Shown: piece after piece, positions 9,945 through 19,230 of the stretch | How positions within the stretch are numbered: position 1 is the first letter of the stretch | Layout: each line of letters opens with the position of its first letter | From: Aquificaceae bacterium | GTDB taxonomy: Bacteria > Aquificota > Aquificia > Aquificales > Aquificaceae | NCBI GenBank assembly: GCA_037925075.1 | Contig: JAXSNR010000002.1 | Location: 512,001 to 576,000, forward strand | Length of the DNA stretch: 64,000 nucleotides | Direction: 5' to 3' | Position numbers and translations under genes: made by a program | The notes under the pieces: model-generated | Database searches by the model: none | Told to the model about the DNA's origin: nothing | What the model saw: only the letters and a program-made list of their open reading frames with translations

Positions 9945-10252
9945 ACCTTATAAGAGGGCTTTTTATATTGCTTTTTTTTCTGAGCCTTGGCGTGGGTGCA
10001 AAGGAGGTGCCTTTTACCTTAGAGGACAGGGATAGGCTTATAAGGATGGAGGCGGAGCTTAAGGCTCTTAGTAAAAGCGTGGATGCGCGTTTTGAAGCCA
10101 TAGATAAGCGTTTTGAAGAGGTAAATCGCAAGATAGACATGCTTTTTAATTTCCTGTGGATAATAACGGGCATATTTACTACCATAACGGTGGCCACCAT
10201 AGGCTTTGCCATATGGGACAGAAGGATTTTGAAAACATACAACATGCTGTAA
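9941..10252 (+). CDS. Small membrane-anchored coiled-coil protein (signal peptide, xDxRFE heptads, TM); possibly shortened
   Basis: ATGA overlap with aconitase stop; VDARFEA/IDKRFEE repeats; TM ending WDRR. Confidence 0.7.
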   Translation: MNLIRGLFILLFFLSLGVGAKEVPFTLEDRDRLIRMEAELKALSKSVDARFEAIDKRFEEVNRKIDMLFNFLWIITGIFTTITVATIGFAIWDRRILKTYNML

Positions 10253-10263
10253 AGGAGGTTGCC

Positions 10264-11268
10264 ATGAAGCTACGCAAGGTGGTTTCGGTCATAGGTGCTG
10301 GGAATGTGGGGGAGCATACCGCAAGCCTTCTTGCCCTTAGGGGTCTTGTGGATGTGCGTATGTTTGACCTGCCAAGGAAAGAGGGCGAACGGGTTATTGA
10401 GCCTGTAAAAGGGAAAGCCTTGGACATTCTTCAAATGCTCTCCGCACTTAACATAGATGGAAAGGTGGAAGGATACTGCGTCACTCCTGAGGGGGAAGGA
10501 TATCAAGCCTTAAAGGGTAGTGATATTGTGGTAATAACCGCAGGTTTTCCACGTAGGCCTGGCATGTCCAGAGAGGACCTGCTTGAAAAAAACATCTCCA
10601 TTCTCTCGGTAATAGCTAACAAAATAAAGGAATACGCACCGGAGGCGATAGTAATAGTGGTTACAAATCCCGTAGACCTTATGACCTACTCGGTGTACAG
10701 AATTCTCGGTTTTGAAAAAAACAGGGTTATGGGTATGGCGGGGGTGCTCGATTCCGCCCGCTTTAAAACCTTTATATCAAAGGAAATACGCGTATCACCT
10801 CAAGACATCCACGCCTATGTGATAGGTGGGCATGGTGATGAGATGGTGCCACTCATATCCATATCCAACGTGGGAGGAATACCTTTAAAGGATATGCTAC
10901 CGAGAGAAAGGATACAGGAGCTTATAAGGAGAACTCAGTTTGGTGGTGGTGAGATAGTGGACCTTATGGGAACCTCCGCATACCATGCACCCGCCGCCTC
11001 CATAGTGGAGATGGTGGAAGCCATAGTGACCGACAACAAAAGAATACTCCCATGCTCTGTATATTTAGACGGTGAGGTAGGTAAGTATTACGAAGCTGAG
11101 GGCTTATGTGTTGGAGTCCCTGTAAAACTGGGTAACAACGGAGTGGAAGAAATTATTAAAATACCTATGATAGAAGAAGAACGTGAGATGTGGAGAAGGT
11201 CTGTAGAGTCTGTGAGGAAAAACATAGCCATAGTGGAGGAGCTTTTAAATGCGAGAAGTACACTATAA
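10264..11268 (+). CDS. mdh: Malate dehydrogenase (LDH-like)
   Basis: IGAGNVG, TAGFPRRPGMSREDL, VTNPVD, LDSAR, GGHGD; SD GGAGG before ATG 10264. Confidence 0.96.
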   Translation: MKLRKVVSVIGAGNVGEHTASLLALRGLVDVRMFDLPRKEGERVIEPVKGKALDILQMLSALNIDGKVEGYCVTPEGEGYQALKGSDIVVITAGFPRRPGMSREDLLEKNISILSVIANKIKEYAPEAIVIVVTNPVDLMTYSVYRILGFEKNRVMGMAGVLDSARFKTFISKEIRVSPQDIHAYVIGGHGDEMVPLISISNVGGIPLKDMLPRERIQELIRRTQFGGGEIVDLMGTSAYHAPAASIVEMVEAIVTDNKRILPCSVYLDGEVGKYYEAEGLCVGVPVKLGNNGVEEIIKIPMIEEEREMWRRSVESVRKNIAIVEELLNARSTL

Positions 11269-12094
11269 CCAGATAGTAGAAGCGGTAAGGGAGATTGCAA
11301 TAAAAGCAAACTATGAGCTCCCGGAAGATGTGGAGCTTGCCTATCAAAGTGCCATAAGGAAGGAAGAGTCGGAAATTGGAAGGGAAGTACTCAGTCAGAT
11401 ACTTTTAAACATAAGGTCCGCAAGGGAAGAGCAAATGGCTTACTGTCAAGATACAGGTGTCGCTGTGGTATTTGTGGAGATAGGTCAAGAGGTGCATGTG
11501 GTGGGTGGCTCCTTGGAGGACGCCATAAACGAAGGCGTCAGAAGGGCATACACAGAAGGATATCTGAGGGCGTCCATGGTCTATGACCCGGTTTTTGAAA
11601 GGAAAAACACAAAGGACAACACGCCCGCGGTGATTCATTACAAGATAGTCCCAGGAGATAGATTAAAGCTTATCTTTGCTCCCAAAGGTGCAGGCTCCGA
11701 AAACACCTCACGCCTTGGAATGCTAAAGCCCGCGGATGGATGGGAGGGTGTGAAAAGGTTTGTGCTGGAAACGGTAAAGCTTGCGGGACCTAACGCCTGC
11801 CCACCTTTTACCGTGGGTGTGGGTATAGGGGGAACCTTTGAATACTGTGCCCTCCTTGCAAAGAAGGCACTTTTAAGACCCATAGGTGAAAGAAGCCCAG
11901 ACCCTGTGGCAAGAAGGATGGAAGAGGAACTTATAGAAGAGGTCAATAAAATAGGCTGGGGCCCTATGGGATTTGGCGGGACGGTGACTGCGGTAGATGT
12001 AAAGGTGGAGCTCTATCCCTGTCATATAGCCTCTCTGCCTGTGGCGGTAAACATCCAGTGTCATGCCAACAGGCATGCGGAGATAGAGCTGTGA
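11249..12094 (+). CDS. Fe-S fumarate hydratase, alpha subunit
   Basis: CQDTG, KGAGSEN, NACPP, GIGG, CHIASLPVAVNIQCHA. Confidence 0.93.
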   Translation: MREVHYNQIVEAVREIAIKANYELPEDVELAYQSAIRKEESEIGREVLSQILLNIRSAREEQMAYCQDTGVAVVFVEIGQEVHVVGGSLEDAINEGVRRAYTEGYLRASMVYDPVFERKNTKDNTPAVIHYKIVPGDRLKLIFAPKGAGSENTSRLGMLKPADGWEGVKRFVLETVKLAGPNACPPFTVGVGIGGTFEYCALLAKKALLRPIGERSPDPVARRMEEELIEEVNKIGWGPMGFGGTVTAVDVKVELYPCHIASLPVAVNIQCHANRHAEIEL

Positions 12095-12216
12095 AGTATA
12101 TACTTATCTTAGCTTTTATAGGTCTTATAACGGTTCTTTTTCTAAGTGGCTTGGCTTTCAGGCTGGTTAGAAGTAAAAAAGGAGGTGGTGAGTATGAGAA
12201 AGGTAGTTTTTATTAG
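12091..12216 (+). CDS. Putative 41-aa single-pass membrane protein (not in ORF track)
   Basis: GTGA overlap with fumarase stop; MKYILILAFIGLITVLFLSGLAFRLVRSKKGGGEYEKGSFY*. Confidence 0.45.
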   Translation: MKYILILAFIGLITVLFLSGLAFRLVRSKKGGGEYEKGSFY

Positions 12217-13315
12217 TGCGGTTTTGAGTAGCTTGCTTTTATCCTGCGGTGGTGGTTCTGGTGGGGGCTTGTCTGGTGGTTCTCAAATACCACTTTATCT
12301 GACGGACGATGCAAGCATTTATCCCTCTATTTTGGTTAATCTCTACGAGATCAATCTGTGCTCCGATAATCAATGTTTGCAGAAGGTTAACCTTTTTTCA
12401 AACCAACAGGGGCTTGAGGTGGACCTTGCACAGTTAAACGGTGTGCTACAGTATATTGGAAACGCCAATGTACCACAAGGTACCTACACGAGGCTTGAGC
12501 TTATACTGGATAAAAACCTCAAAATAACCGACCCTTCTGGAAATGAGCATGACGCAATATTTACACCAATGGATTCCAAACCCAACAAGCCCAATGTGGT
12601 TCAATGCCCTACAAACGATAAATGCCACATAAGGTTTAACGGCACGGTAAACCCTTTTGCGGATGGAAGGCTTGTCGTGGATTTTGAGCTGAAGGAGTTT
12701 GAAGTAAACACTTCAACAAATCCTTGGCAGGTGACAGAGGTTAAAGTAAAGCCTTTAACAAAAGATGAGATGCGGGGTATATCTTACATAAATGAGATTT
12801 ATCTGATTGTTCAAAGTGTTAGCAACAATACCATAATCGGTCAATGGATGGGGAGAACCTACACTGTAAACATAGGACAAAACACCCTCTGTGAAATAAA
12901 CCATATGTATACCACAAACTGCACAGGTCAAATCCAACCGGGGATGTGTATTGAAGTAAAAGCTCAGGTAGACCCTGCGGTATCAACAACCCTTAACGCA
13001 ATAAAGATAGAAAACCATATGGGTGGAAAGTGTATGGGCTCTTCTGGAAGCTACCAACCACCTATTGGAAGCCAACAACCACCTGTGGTTGGTTATTTAA
13101 AGTTGAAGGGTATTGTGACCCAAAAGGGTAGTGATACTTTTACCATAAACACTTATAACGACCCCATAAAGATTACAAGCACCACCTACTGCGAATATCA
13201 AGAGCATGTCTATTTAACAGGTAATGCATGTCTGACAGGTCTTCAAACTGGTTGGCTTGTAGAGGTAAAAATAAACTCTAACGGCGAAGCCATAAAAATA
13301 GAAAGAGAATACTGA
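12194..13315 (+). CDS. Lipoprotein, DUF4382-like N-domain plus two repeated C-terminal beta domains (DUF5666-like)
   Basis: Lipobox LLLSC plus Gly linker; LYLTD, VDL, VPQGTYTRLEL, LVVDF; SD GGAGG before ATG 12194. Confidence 0.75.
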   Translation: MRKVVFISAVLSSLLLSCGGGSGGGLSGGSQIPLYLTDDASIYPSILVNLYEINLCSDNQCLQKVNLFSNQQGLEVDLAQLNGVLQYIGNANVPQGTYTRLELILDKNLKITDPSGNEHDAIFTPMDSKPNKPNVVQCPTNDKCHIRFNGTVNPFADGRLVVDFELKEFEVNTSTNPWQVTEVKVKPLTKDEMRGISYINEIYLIVQSVSNNTIIGQWMGRTYTVNIGQNTLCEINHMYTTNCTGQIQPGMCIEVKAQVDPAVSTTLNAIKIENHMGGKCMGSSGSYQPPIGSQQPPVVGYLKLKGIVTQKGSDTFTINTYNDPIKITSTTYCEYQEHVYLTGNACLTGLQTGWLVEVKINSNGEAIKIEREY

Positions 13316-13334
13316 GGGCTTTTGCCCTCCTTTT
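13314..13334 (+). terminator. Intrinsic terminator hairpin between convergent genes
   Basis: GAGGGC-TTTT-GCCCTC followed by CTTTT. Confidence 0.6.
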
Positions 13335-13337
13335 ATA

Positions 13338-14372
13338 TTAGGTTTTGAACTGGCATGTTTCTTCGTCTATGGTAGAGTATAGAGGCTCTACCCTTCCTTC
13401 TGGAGTGGTGTCCTCAAAGTCCCTCGGTACTCCCAACTCCTCTATGCAATGCACAAGGTCGTGGTAAAACTCCGCCACCTTAACAAGCCCTGTTATCTTT
13501 CCAACTTCATTAAAGGCTCTTATCTTGTCGGTAGCCTTTCCTTTACCCCTTTCTACTATGGCACCCGCATGCCCAAAGGAGACACCCTCTAATTTTTCTT
13601 GAAACCTTCCCGCCACAAAGGCTGCAACTGGCTTGTTCCACCTTCCCTCCTTCCAAAGCCTTAGGATGGTCTCCGCAGCCTGCTCCTCATAAGAGCCACC
13701 TACCTCACCCTGTATTATCACACCCTTCACATTAGGGTCGTCCGCTATGTTTTCCAAAGCATCCGCAAAGGTGGTGCAAGAGATCACATCACCCCCCAAA
13801 GCCAAAGCCATGTATACTCCCCAACCCCTGCGCTTGAACATCTCCGCGGTGGTGGTGGTAAGACCGCCAGACTTGGAGAGTATCACAAGCCCACCCTTCT
13901 CGTAGGCTATGGATGGGTTCTTACCACCTATAGCTCCAATCCTTGCGGGAACCCATGGCATCATACAACCTAGAGAGGTAGGACCTACTATTATTACTCC
14001 CCTCTCCTTTGCGTAGTGATAAAAATAAACCGTATCCCTTATGGGCACATGTTCTGTTATGATGAAGATGACCTTTATACCCGCGTCTATAAGCTCTATG
14101 ACCGCATCCTTCACAGAAGCAGGTGGCACATAAACTATGGCTGTGTTTATCTCGGGATGCTTTCCCAAAGCTTCCTTTACCGTGTTGTAAACGGGTTTAC
14201 CCGCCACCTCAGAGCCACCCTTACCCGGTGTGACACCAGCCACCACAAAACCCGGATATAGGGCTTCAGACTCTGCAACCACCTGAGAAGCTTCTCTTCC
14301 AGTAATGCCCATTACAATTATTCTCGTCTTGTCGTTCAAGTATACAGTTCCCACATTCCAGTTTTTTTCCAT
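13338..14372 (-). CDS. ccsB: SucD-like CoA ligase alpha subunit, most likely citryl-CoA synthetase small subunit
   Basis: GITG, GVTPGKGG, SKSGGLT, GEVGG, FGHAGA phospho-His; 344 aa, longer and more divergent than typical SucD; lies in an rTCA cluster. Confidence 0.7.
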   Translation of the reverse strand: MEKNWNVGTVYLNDKTRIIVMGITGREASQVVAESEALYPGFVVAGVTPGKGGSEVAGKPVYNTVKEALGKHPEINTAIVYVPPASVKDAVIELIDAGIKVIFIITEHVPIRDTVYFYHYAKERGVIIVGPTSLGCMMPWVPARIGAIGGKNPSIAYEKGGLVILSKSGGLTTTTAEMFKRRGWGVYMALALGGDVISCTTFADALENIADDPNVKGVIIQGEVGGSYEEQAAETILRLWKEGRWNKPVAAFVAGRFQEKLEGVSFGHAGAIVERGKGKATDKIRAFNEVGKITGLVKVAEFYHDLVHCIEELGVPRDFEDTTPEGRVEPLYSTIDEETCQFKT

Positions 14373-14405
14373 CCTTTTACCTCCACAAAATTGTATGATT
14401 ATTAT

Positions 14406-14825
14406 ATGCTACTTTTGGCTTTTCTGCTTTTTCTATCTTACAGCTCCTTTGCCTTTTATCACTGCTTTTTTGATGCAGGCAAAAGGTATGGCATGGACCC
14501 TTTGCTTTTGATATCCATCGCAAAGGTGGAAAGCAACTTCAACCCAAGGGCGGTAAATGTAAACAAAAATGGCACAAAGGATTACGGCATAATGCAGATA
14601 AACTCCTTCTGGCTTGAGAAGTACAAAATTCCCAAGGAGTGGATCTTTGAACCCTGCTATAACATACACTTTGGAGCCATGGTTTTGAAAAGATGTATGG
14701 ACCAATACAAAAACATAAGCCTTGCGGTAGATTGTTACAACAAGGGAAGTAAAACAAAGGGTTATGGTGCTTATTTGGAGGGAGTTTTTAAAAATTACAA
14801 AAGGTACTACACTATGCTAAAATAA
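14406..14825 (+). CDS. Lytic transglycosylase (SLT domain), secreted
   Basis: IAKVESNFNP, DYGIMQIN, YN motifs; signal peptide. Confidence 0.92.
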   Translation: MLLLAFLLFLSYSSFAFYHCFFDAGKRYGMDPLLLISIAKVESNFNPRAVNVNKNGTKDYGIMQINSFWLEKYKIPKEWIFEPCYNIHFGAMVLKRCMDQYKNISLAVDCYNKGSKTKGYGAYLEGVFKNYKRYYTMLK

Positions 14826-14830
14826 ATAAG

Positions 14831-15745
14831 ATGAAAAGGAATTTTGTGGACCTTTGGGAGATAAGCCCTGAGGAAGGGTGGATTATACTTCAAGACGCTC
14901 TGAACATAAAGAAAGGTCTTGATAGAGGAAGGTATCTTGAAGGTAAAAATGTAGCTCTCTACTTTACAAAACCTTCCACGAGGACCCGTGTCTCCTTTGA
15001 GGTAGCTATATTACAACTTGGGGGCAACACCATATTTTTACAAGAAGAAAGCTTGCAGGTCTCAAGGGGCGAGGACCTAAAGGATACCGCAAGAACCCTT
15101 TCAAGGTATTTAGATGGCATAATTATAAGGACAGACTCTCACAAAAAGCTTGAGGATTTTGCCAAGTATTCGGACATACCTGTGATAAACGCCTTAACTG
15201 ATATGTCCCACCCATGCCAGATACTTAGCGATATCTTTACTCTATACGAAACCTTTGGCGAAGAGCTTCAAAGCATAAAAATAGCCTATGTGGGTGATGG
15301 GAACAATGTATGCAATACATGGCTTGTGGGTGCTGGGCTCTTTGGTCTAAGGCTTTTTGTGGCAACTCCAGAGGGCTATGAACCAAGCAGTCTTTACTAT
15401 CAAGCTGGTGAAGACCTTTGCAAGATGACCGGCGGAAGCATATACCTTACCACAAACCCCATAGAGGCGGTAAAGGATGCCCATGTAGTCTATACAGACG
15501 TATGGGTTAGTATGAACCAAGACAGAAAAGAGGAAAAGCTACAAGCCCTCAAGCCCTATCAGGTAAATTCGGAGCTTTTGTCTCATGCTAAGTCGGGAGT
15601 AAAGGTCATGCACTGCCTACCTGCCAAAAAGGGAGAAGAGATTACAGAGGAAGTCTTTGAAGCTCATGCGGACTTCATCTTCACGCAAGCGGAAAACAGG
15701 CTACATACTCAAAAGGCACTTTTGAAGTTTCTATTTAGTGGCTGA
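14831..15745 (+). CDS. argF: Ornithine carbamoyltransferase
   Basis: STRTR, HPCQ, GDGNN, DVWVSM, HCLP, QAENR. Confidence 0.97.
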   Translation: MKRNFVDLWEISPEEGWIILQDALNIKKGLDRGRYLEGKNVALYFTKPSTRTRVSFEVAILQLGGNTIFLQEESLQVSRGEDLKDTARTLSRYLDGIIIRTDSHKKLEDFAKYSDIPVINALTDMSHPCQILSDIFTLYETFGEELQSIKIAYVGDGNNVCNTWLVGAGLFGLRLFVATPEGYEPSSLYYQAGEDLCKMTGGSIYLTTNPIEAVKDAHVVYTDVWVSMNQDRKEEKLQALKPYQVNSELLSHAKSGVKVMHCLPAKKGEEITEEVFEAHADFIFTQAENRLHTQKALLKFLFSG

Positions 15746-16030
15746 CTATTCTTTTAGCACCCTTCTTTTTAGCTTGAGAAGCTTCTGAAAAAGGAGTGTG
15801 GATTTTTCTTTAACTTCCTCTAAAACCTTTAGGTCTTCCTCTTTGGGGTATGTGGTGTTTATTTTTGAGGCAATTTCATGGAATTTGCAATGGACCTCTT
15901 CAATCTCCAATATTATCTGTCTTATGTCTTCTTCGTAGCTTTCCAAATCAGGATAGATTTCTTTGTAAAATTTCTGTCCAAAGTTGCACTCTCTACATGT
16001 TTTGTGGGCAAAAGGCTCACGGAATATTAA
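15746..16030 (-). pseudogene. 5'-truncated CZB (chemoreceptor zinc-binding) domain protein
   Basis: Frame extends upstream of 15946 as REPFAHKTCRECNFGQKFY...EEVHCKFHEIA, then hits an in-frame TGA near the glmS stop with no ATG. Confidence 0.65.
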
Positions 16031-16032
16031 TT

Positions 16033-17811
16033 TTACTCAACCGTAACGGTTTTAGCAAGGTTTCTTGGCTGATCTACATCAAGTCCAAGGTGGTCTGCAA
16101 TGTAGTAAGCAAAAAGCTGAAGGGGGACAACCGTTAGAAAAGGGGTGAGGTCTTTATCTATTTCAGGAACTTCTATAAGGCTTTCGCACAGTTCTTTTAT
16201 CCTTTGGTCTGCCTTAAAGCCTACGCCTATGAGTTTTCCTTTCCTTGCTAAAACCTCTTCCATGTTGGAAAGGATCTTTTCGTAAACCCTGTCCCTTGGA
16301 GCTATGGCAACCACGGGCATTTGCTCATCTATGAGGGCTATAGGTCCGTGCTTCATCTCTCCTGCGGGATAGCCTTCCGCGTGTATATAGGATATTTCCT
16401 TTAGCTTTAAAGCTCCCTCAAGGGCTATGGGGTAGCTAAGATACCTACCTAAGTATATGGCATTTTTAAAGTTGGCATACCTTAGGGAAATGCTTCTTAT
16501 GTTTTCAGCCTCTGCGAGTATTTCTTCTATCAAGTGAGGTATCTTAAGTAATCTTTCCATAAGCCTTTCTCTTTCCTCCGAGTAGCTGATGGCGAGGGCG
16601 TAGAGGACCGCAAGCTGTGCGGTAAAGGTTTTTGTAGCCGCAACGCCTATCTCGGGTCCCGCATGGGTGTACAGGCTATAATCTGACTCCCTGTCTAAGG
16701 CACTGCCTATTACATTGACGATTGAAAGGAGGGTCGCACCCTTTTCCTTCATGGCAAGGGAAGAAAAGCGGGTGTCTGCGGTCTCTCCAGATTGAGATAT
16801 GGCTATAACAAGGTCTCCTTCTCCCACAGGACTGTCTGAGTATCTAAGCTCTGACGCATAAACCACCTCCACGGGTACCTTTGCGTACTTTTCTATCCAG
16901 TACTTGCCTACAAGACCTGCATGGTAAGAGGTTCCACAGGCGACCACCAAAATTCTACGAAAGTCTCTTAGGTTTATGGGCACTTCGTACTCTCTTGATA
17001 TGTAGCCCCTTATGGTGTCTCCAAGGGTTCTCGGTTGTTCAAAGATCTCCTTTAACATAAAGTGTTTAAAGCCACCCTTTTCCGCGGACAGTATATCCCA
17101 TGGCACATGCATAATCTCTTTGGTAAGGAGGTTGCCCTCAAAGTCGTATATGAAAAAGCCGTCAGGCCTTAGGTCTACCACTTCTCCGTCCTTAAGAGGT
17201 ATCACATCCCTTGTAAAGGGCAAAAGGGCTGGTATGTCAGACGCTATAAAGTTTTCATTTCTGCCCACACCTACCACAAGAGGGCTTCCATACCTTACCG
17301 CCACTATTCGGTTGGGTTCTTTCGGTGTTATAACCGCAAAGGCGTATGCACCCTTTAGCTTTTTTATAGCCTTCAGGACAGCCTTAAGGAGGTCCCCTTC
17401 GTAGTTAAGGGCTATGAGGTGAGCTATGGCTTCTGTGTCCGTCTGCGACCTGTATTCTACTCCTATCCTTTGAAGCTCTTCCCTTAGTTCTCTGTAGTTT
17501 TCCACTATCCCATTATGCACCACCGCAAACTCACCCTTATCATCCACATGAGGATGGGCGTTTAGCTCACAAACTTCTCCATGAGTTGCCCACCGCGTGT
17601 GTCCTATACCAGCTCTTGCTTTGAGGTCTTTACCCCAAAGGCTACGCACGAGCTCCCTTATTTTGCCCACCTTTTTCTCCACGTATAGCCTTCCGTTTTC
17701 TATAAGTGCAATGCCGGCGGAGTCATAGCCTCTGTACTCAAGCCTTTCAAGCCCCTGCAACAAGACGATAAGTGCATGGTTTGACCCTGTATAACCCACT
17801 ATTCCACACAT
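16033..17811 (-). CDS. glmS: Glutamine-fructose-6-phosphate aminotransferase
   Basis: MCGIVG, LEYRGYDSAG, GHTRWATHG, SQSGET, PRNLAKTVTVE. Confidence 0.98.
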   Translation of the reverse strand: MCGIVGYTGSNHALIVLLQGLERLEYRGYDSAGIALIENGRLYVEKKVGKIRELVRSLWGKDLKARAGIGHTRWATHGEVCELNAHPHVDDKGEFAVVHNGIVENYRELREELQRIGVEYRSQTDTEAIAHLIALNYEGDLLKAVLKAIKKLKGAYAFAVITPKEPNRIVAVRYGSPLVVGVGRNENFIASDIPALLPFTRDVIPLKDGEVVDLRPDGFFIYDFEGNLLTKEIMHVPWDILSAEKGGFKHFMLKEIFEQPRTLGDTIRGYISREYEVPINLRDFRRILVVACGTSYHAGLVGKYWIEKYAKVPVEVVYASELRYSDSPVGEGDLVIAISQSGETADTRFSSLAMKEKGATLLSIVNVIGSALDRESDYSLYTHAGPEIGVAATKTFTAQLAVLYALAISYSEERERLMERLLKIPHLIEEILAEAENIRSISLRYANFKNAIYLGRYLSYPIALEGALKLKEISYIHAEGYPAGEMKHGPIALIDEQMPVVAIAPRDRVYEKILSNMEEVLARKGKLIGVGFKADQRIKELCESLIEVPEIDKDLTPFLTVVPLQLFAYYIADHLGLDVDQPRNLAKTVTVE

Positions 17812-17829
17812 GCCTAAAATTATAAGGCT

Positions 17830-19173
17830 ATGGAAAAGGTAGTTGTTATAGGTGGTGGTCTTGCAGGCTCAGAAGCCAGCTACAGACTGGCAAACATGGG
17901 CATAAAGGTATTACTCTATGAGATGAGACCCAGTAAGCCCACTCCAGCCCACAGGACCGATAAACTGGCGGAGCTTGTCTGTAGCAATACACTGGGTAGC
18001 CTTGAAATAGTGTCTGGTGCAGGGCTTTTGAAGGTGGAGATGGAGCTTCTGGGTTCTCTTGTGGTTTCTGCGGGCAAGTACGCTTATGTGCCAGCCGGCA
18101 CAGCCCTTGCGGTAGATAGAGAAATCTTTTCCGATTACATAAACCACAAAATCTTAGAACATCCTAACATCACCCTTATAAGGGAGGAGGTAAAAAGGGT
18201 GCCAAGAGACAGCATTGTAATAGTGGCGACCGGACCCCTGACCTCGGAAGCCCTTGCGGAAGATATAAGAGAGCTTGTAGGCTTTGATTATCTGTACTTT
18301 TACGATGCCATATCTCCCATAGTGGAGGCAGACAGTGTGGACTTTACCAAAGGCTTTTGGGCTTCAAGGTACGGAAAGGGGGGAGATGACTACTTTAACT
18401 GCACCCTCACCGAAGAAGAGTACAAGGTCTTTTACGAGGAGCTTCTAAAGGCTGAAAAGGTAAAGCCCAAGGACTTTGAAAACCTCGTTTGTTTTGAGGG
18501 ATGCATGCCCATAGAGGAGATGGCGGAGCGTGGCTACAAGACTCTCCTCTTTGGACCCATGAAGCCCGTAGGACTTGTGGACCCAAGAACTGGCAAACAG
18601 CCCTTTGCGGTAGTCCAGCTAAGGAAGGAGAACAAGGAAGGAACCCTTTTGTCCCTTGTGGGCTTTCAGACACGTATGACCTACTCAGAGCAAAAAAGGG
18701 TTTTAAGGCTTATACCATGCCTAAGAAATGCGGTTTTTGTGAAGCTCGGTTCCATGCACAGAAACACCTTTATACAGTCAAACCGCATTCTTACACCCTT
18801 TTTGAACATGAGGAAATACGAAAACATCTTCTTTGCAGGCCAGATAACGGGCGTGGAGGGCTATGTGGCATCCGCGGGAACTGGCTTACTGGCTGGCATA
18901 AACGCGGGAAGACTTGCAAAGGGCAAGCCCTTGGTTGTTCCACCAGAGGAAACCATGCTTGGCTCTCTTGTGAGATACATCACCAGCAAGGAGGGAACAT
19001 TGCAACCCATGTCTCCAGTGTTAGGGCTCTTGCCTCCATTGGATAAAAAGGTAAGGGACAAGCAGGAGAGAAAAAGGCTTTTGGCGGAAAGAGCCATAAG
19101 TGCCATGAGGGAGTGGTCAAAGAAGGTAAATGAGGATATAATTATAAATAGCCCCGCAACGGGACAGGGTTGA
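17830..19173 (+). CDS. trmFO: tRNA (uracil-5-)-methyltransferase, folate/FAD-dependent
   Basis: GGGLAGSEA, ELVCSN, GFQT, HRNTF, AGQITGVEGY. Confidence 0.97.
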   Translation: MEKVVVIGGGLAGSEASYRLANMGIKVLLYEMRPSKPTPAHRTDKLAELVCSNTLGSLEIVSGAGLLKVEMELLGSLVVSAGKYAYVPAGTALAVDREIFSDYINHKILEHPNITLIREEVKRVPRDSIVIVATGPLTSEALAEDIRELVGFDYLYFYDAISPIVEADSVDFTKGFWASRYGKGGDDYFNCTLTEEEYKVFYEELLKAEKVKPKDFENLVCFEGCMPIEEMAERGYKTLLFGPMKPVGLVDPRTGKQPFAVVQLRKENKEGTLLSLVGFQTRMTYSEQKRVLRLIPCLRNAVFVKLGSMHRNTFIQSNRILTPFLNMRKYENIFFAGQITGVEGYVASAGTGLLAGINAGRLAKGKPLVVPPEETMLGSLVRYITSKEGTLQPMSPVLGLLPPLDKKVRDKQERKRLLAERAISAMREWSKKVNEDIIINSPATGQG

Positions 19174-19229
19174 ACCCCGCCAGGCCCGAAAGGGAGCAAC
19201 GGTAGGCCTGCCGTCTCGGGTGCGGGGTT
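19150..19229 (+). ncRNA. ffs: Signal recognition particle RNA (4.5S)
   Basis: Long hairpin AGCCCCGCA...TGCGGGGTT with domain IV CAGGCCCGAAAGGGAGCAAC; TATAAT at 19137-19142. Confidence 0.92.
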
Positions 19230-19230
19230 T

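Noticed and set aside
17812..17829. glmS ribozyme (likewise preQ1 riboswitch at queC, T-box at glyQ)
   Set aside because: Intergenic spaces are too short or lack the motifs
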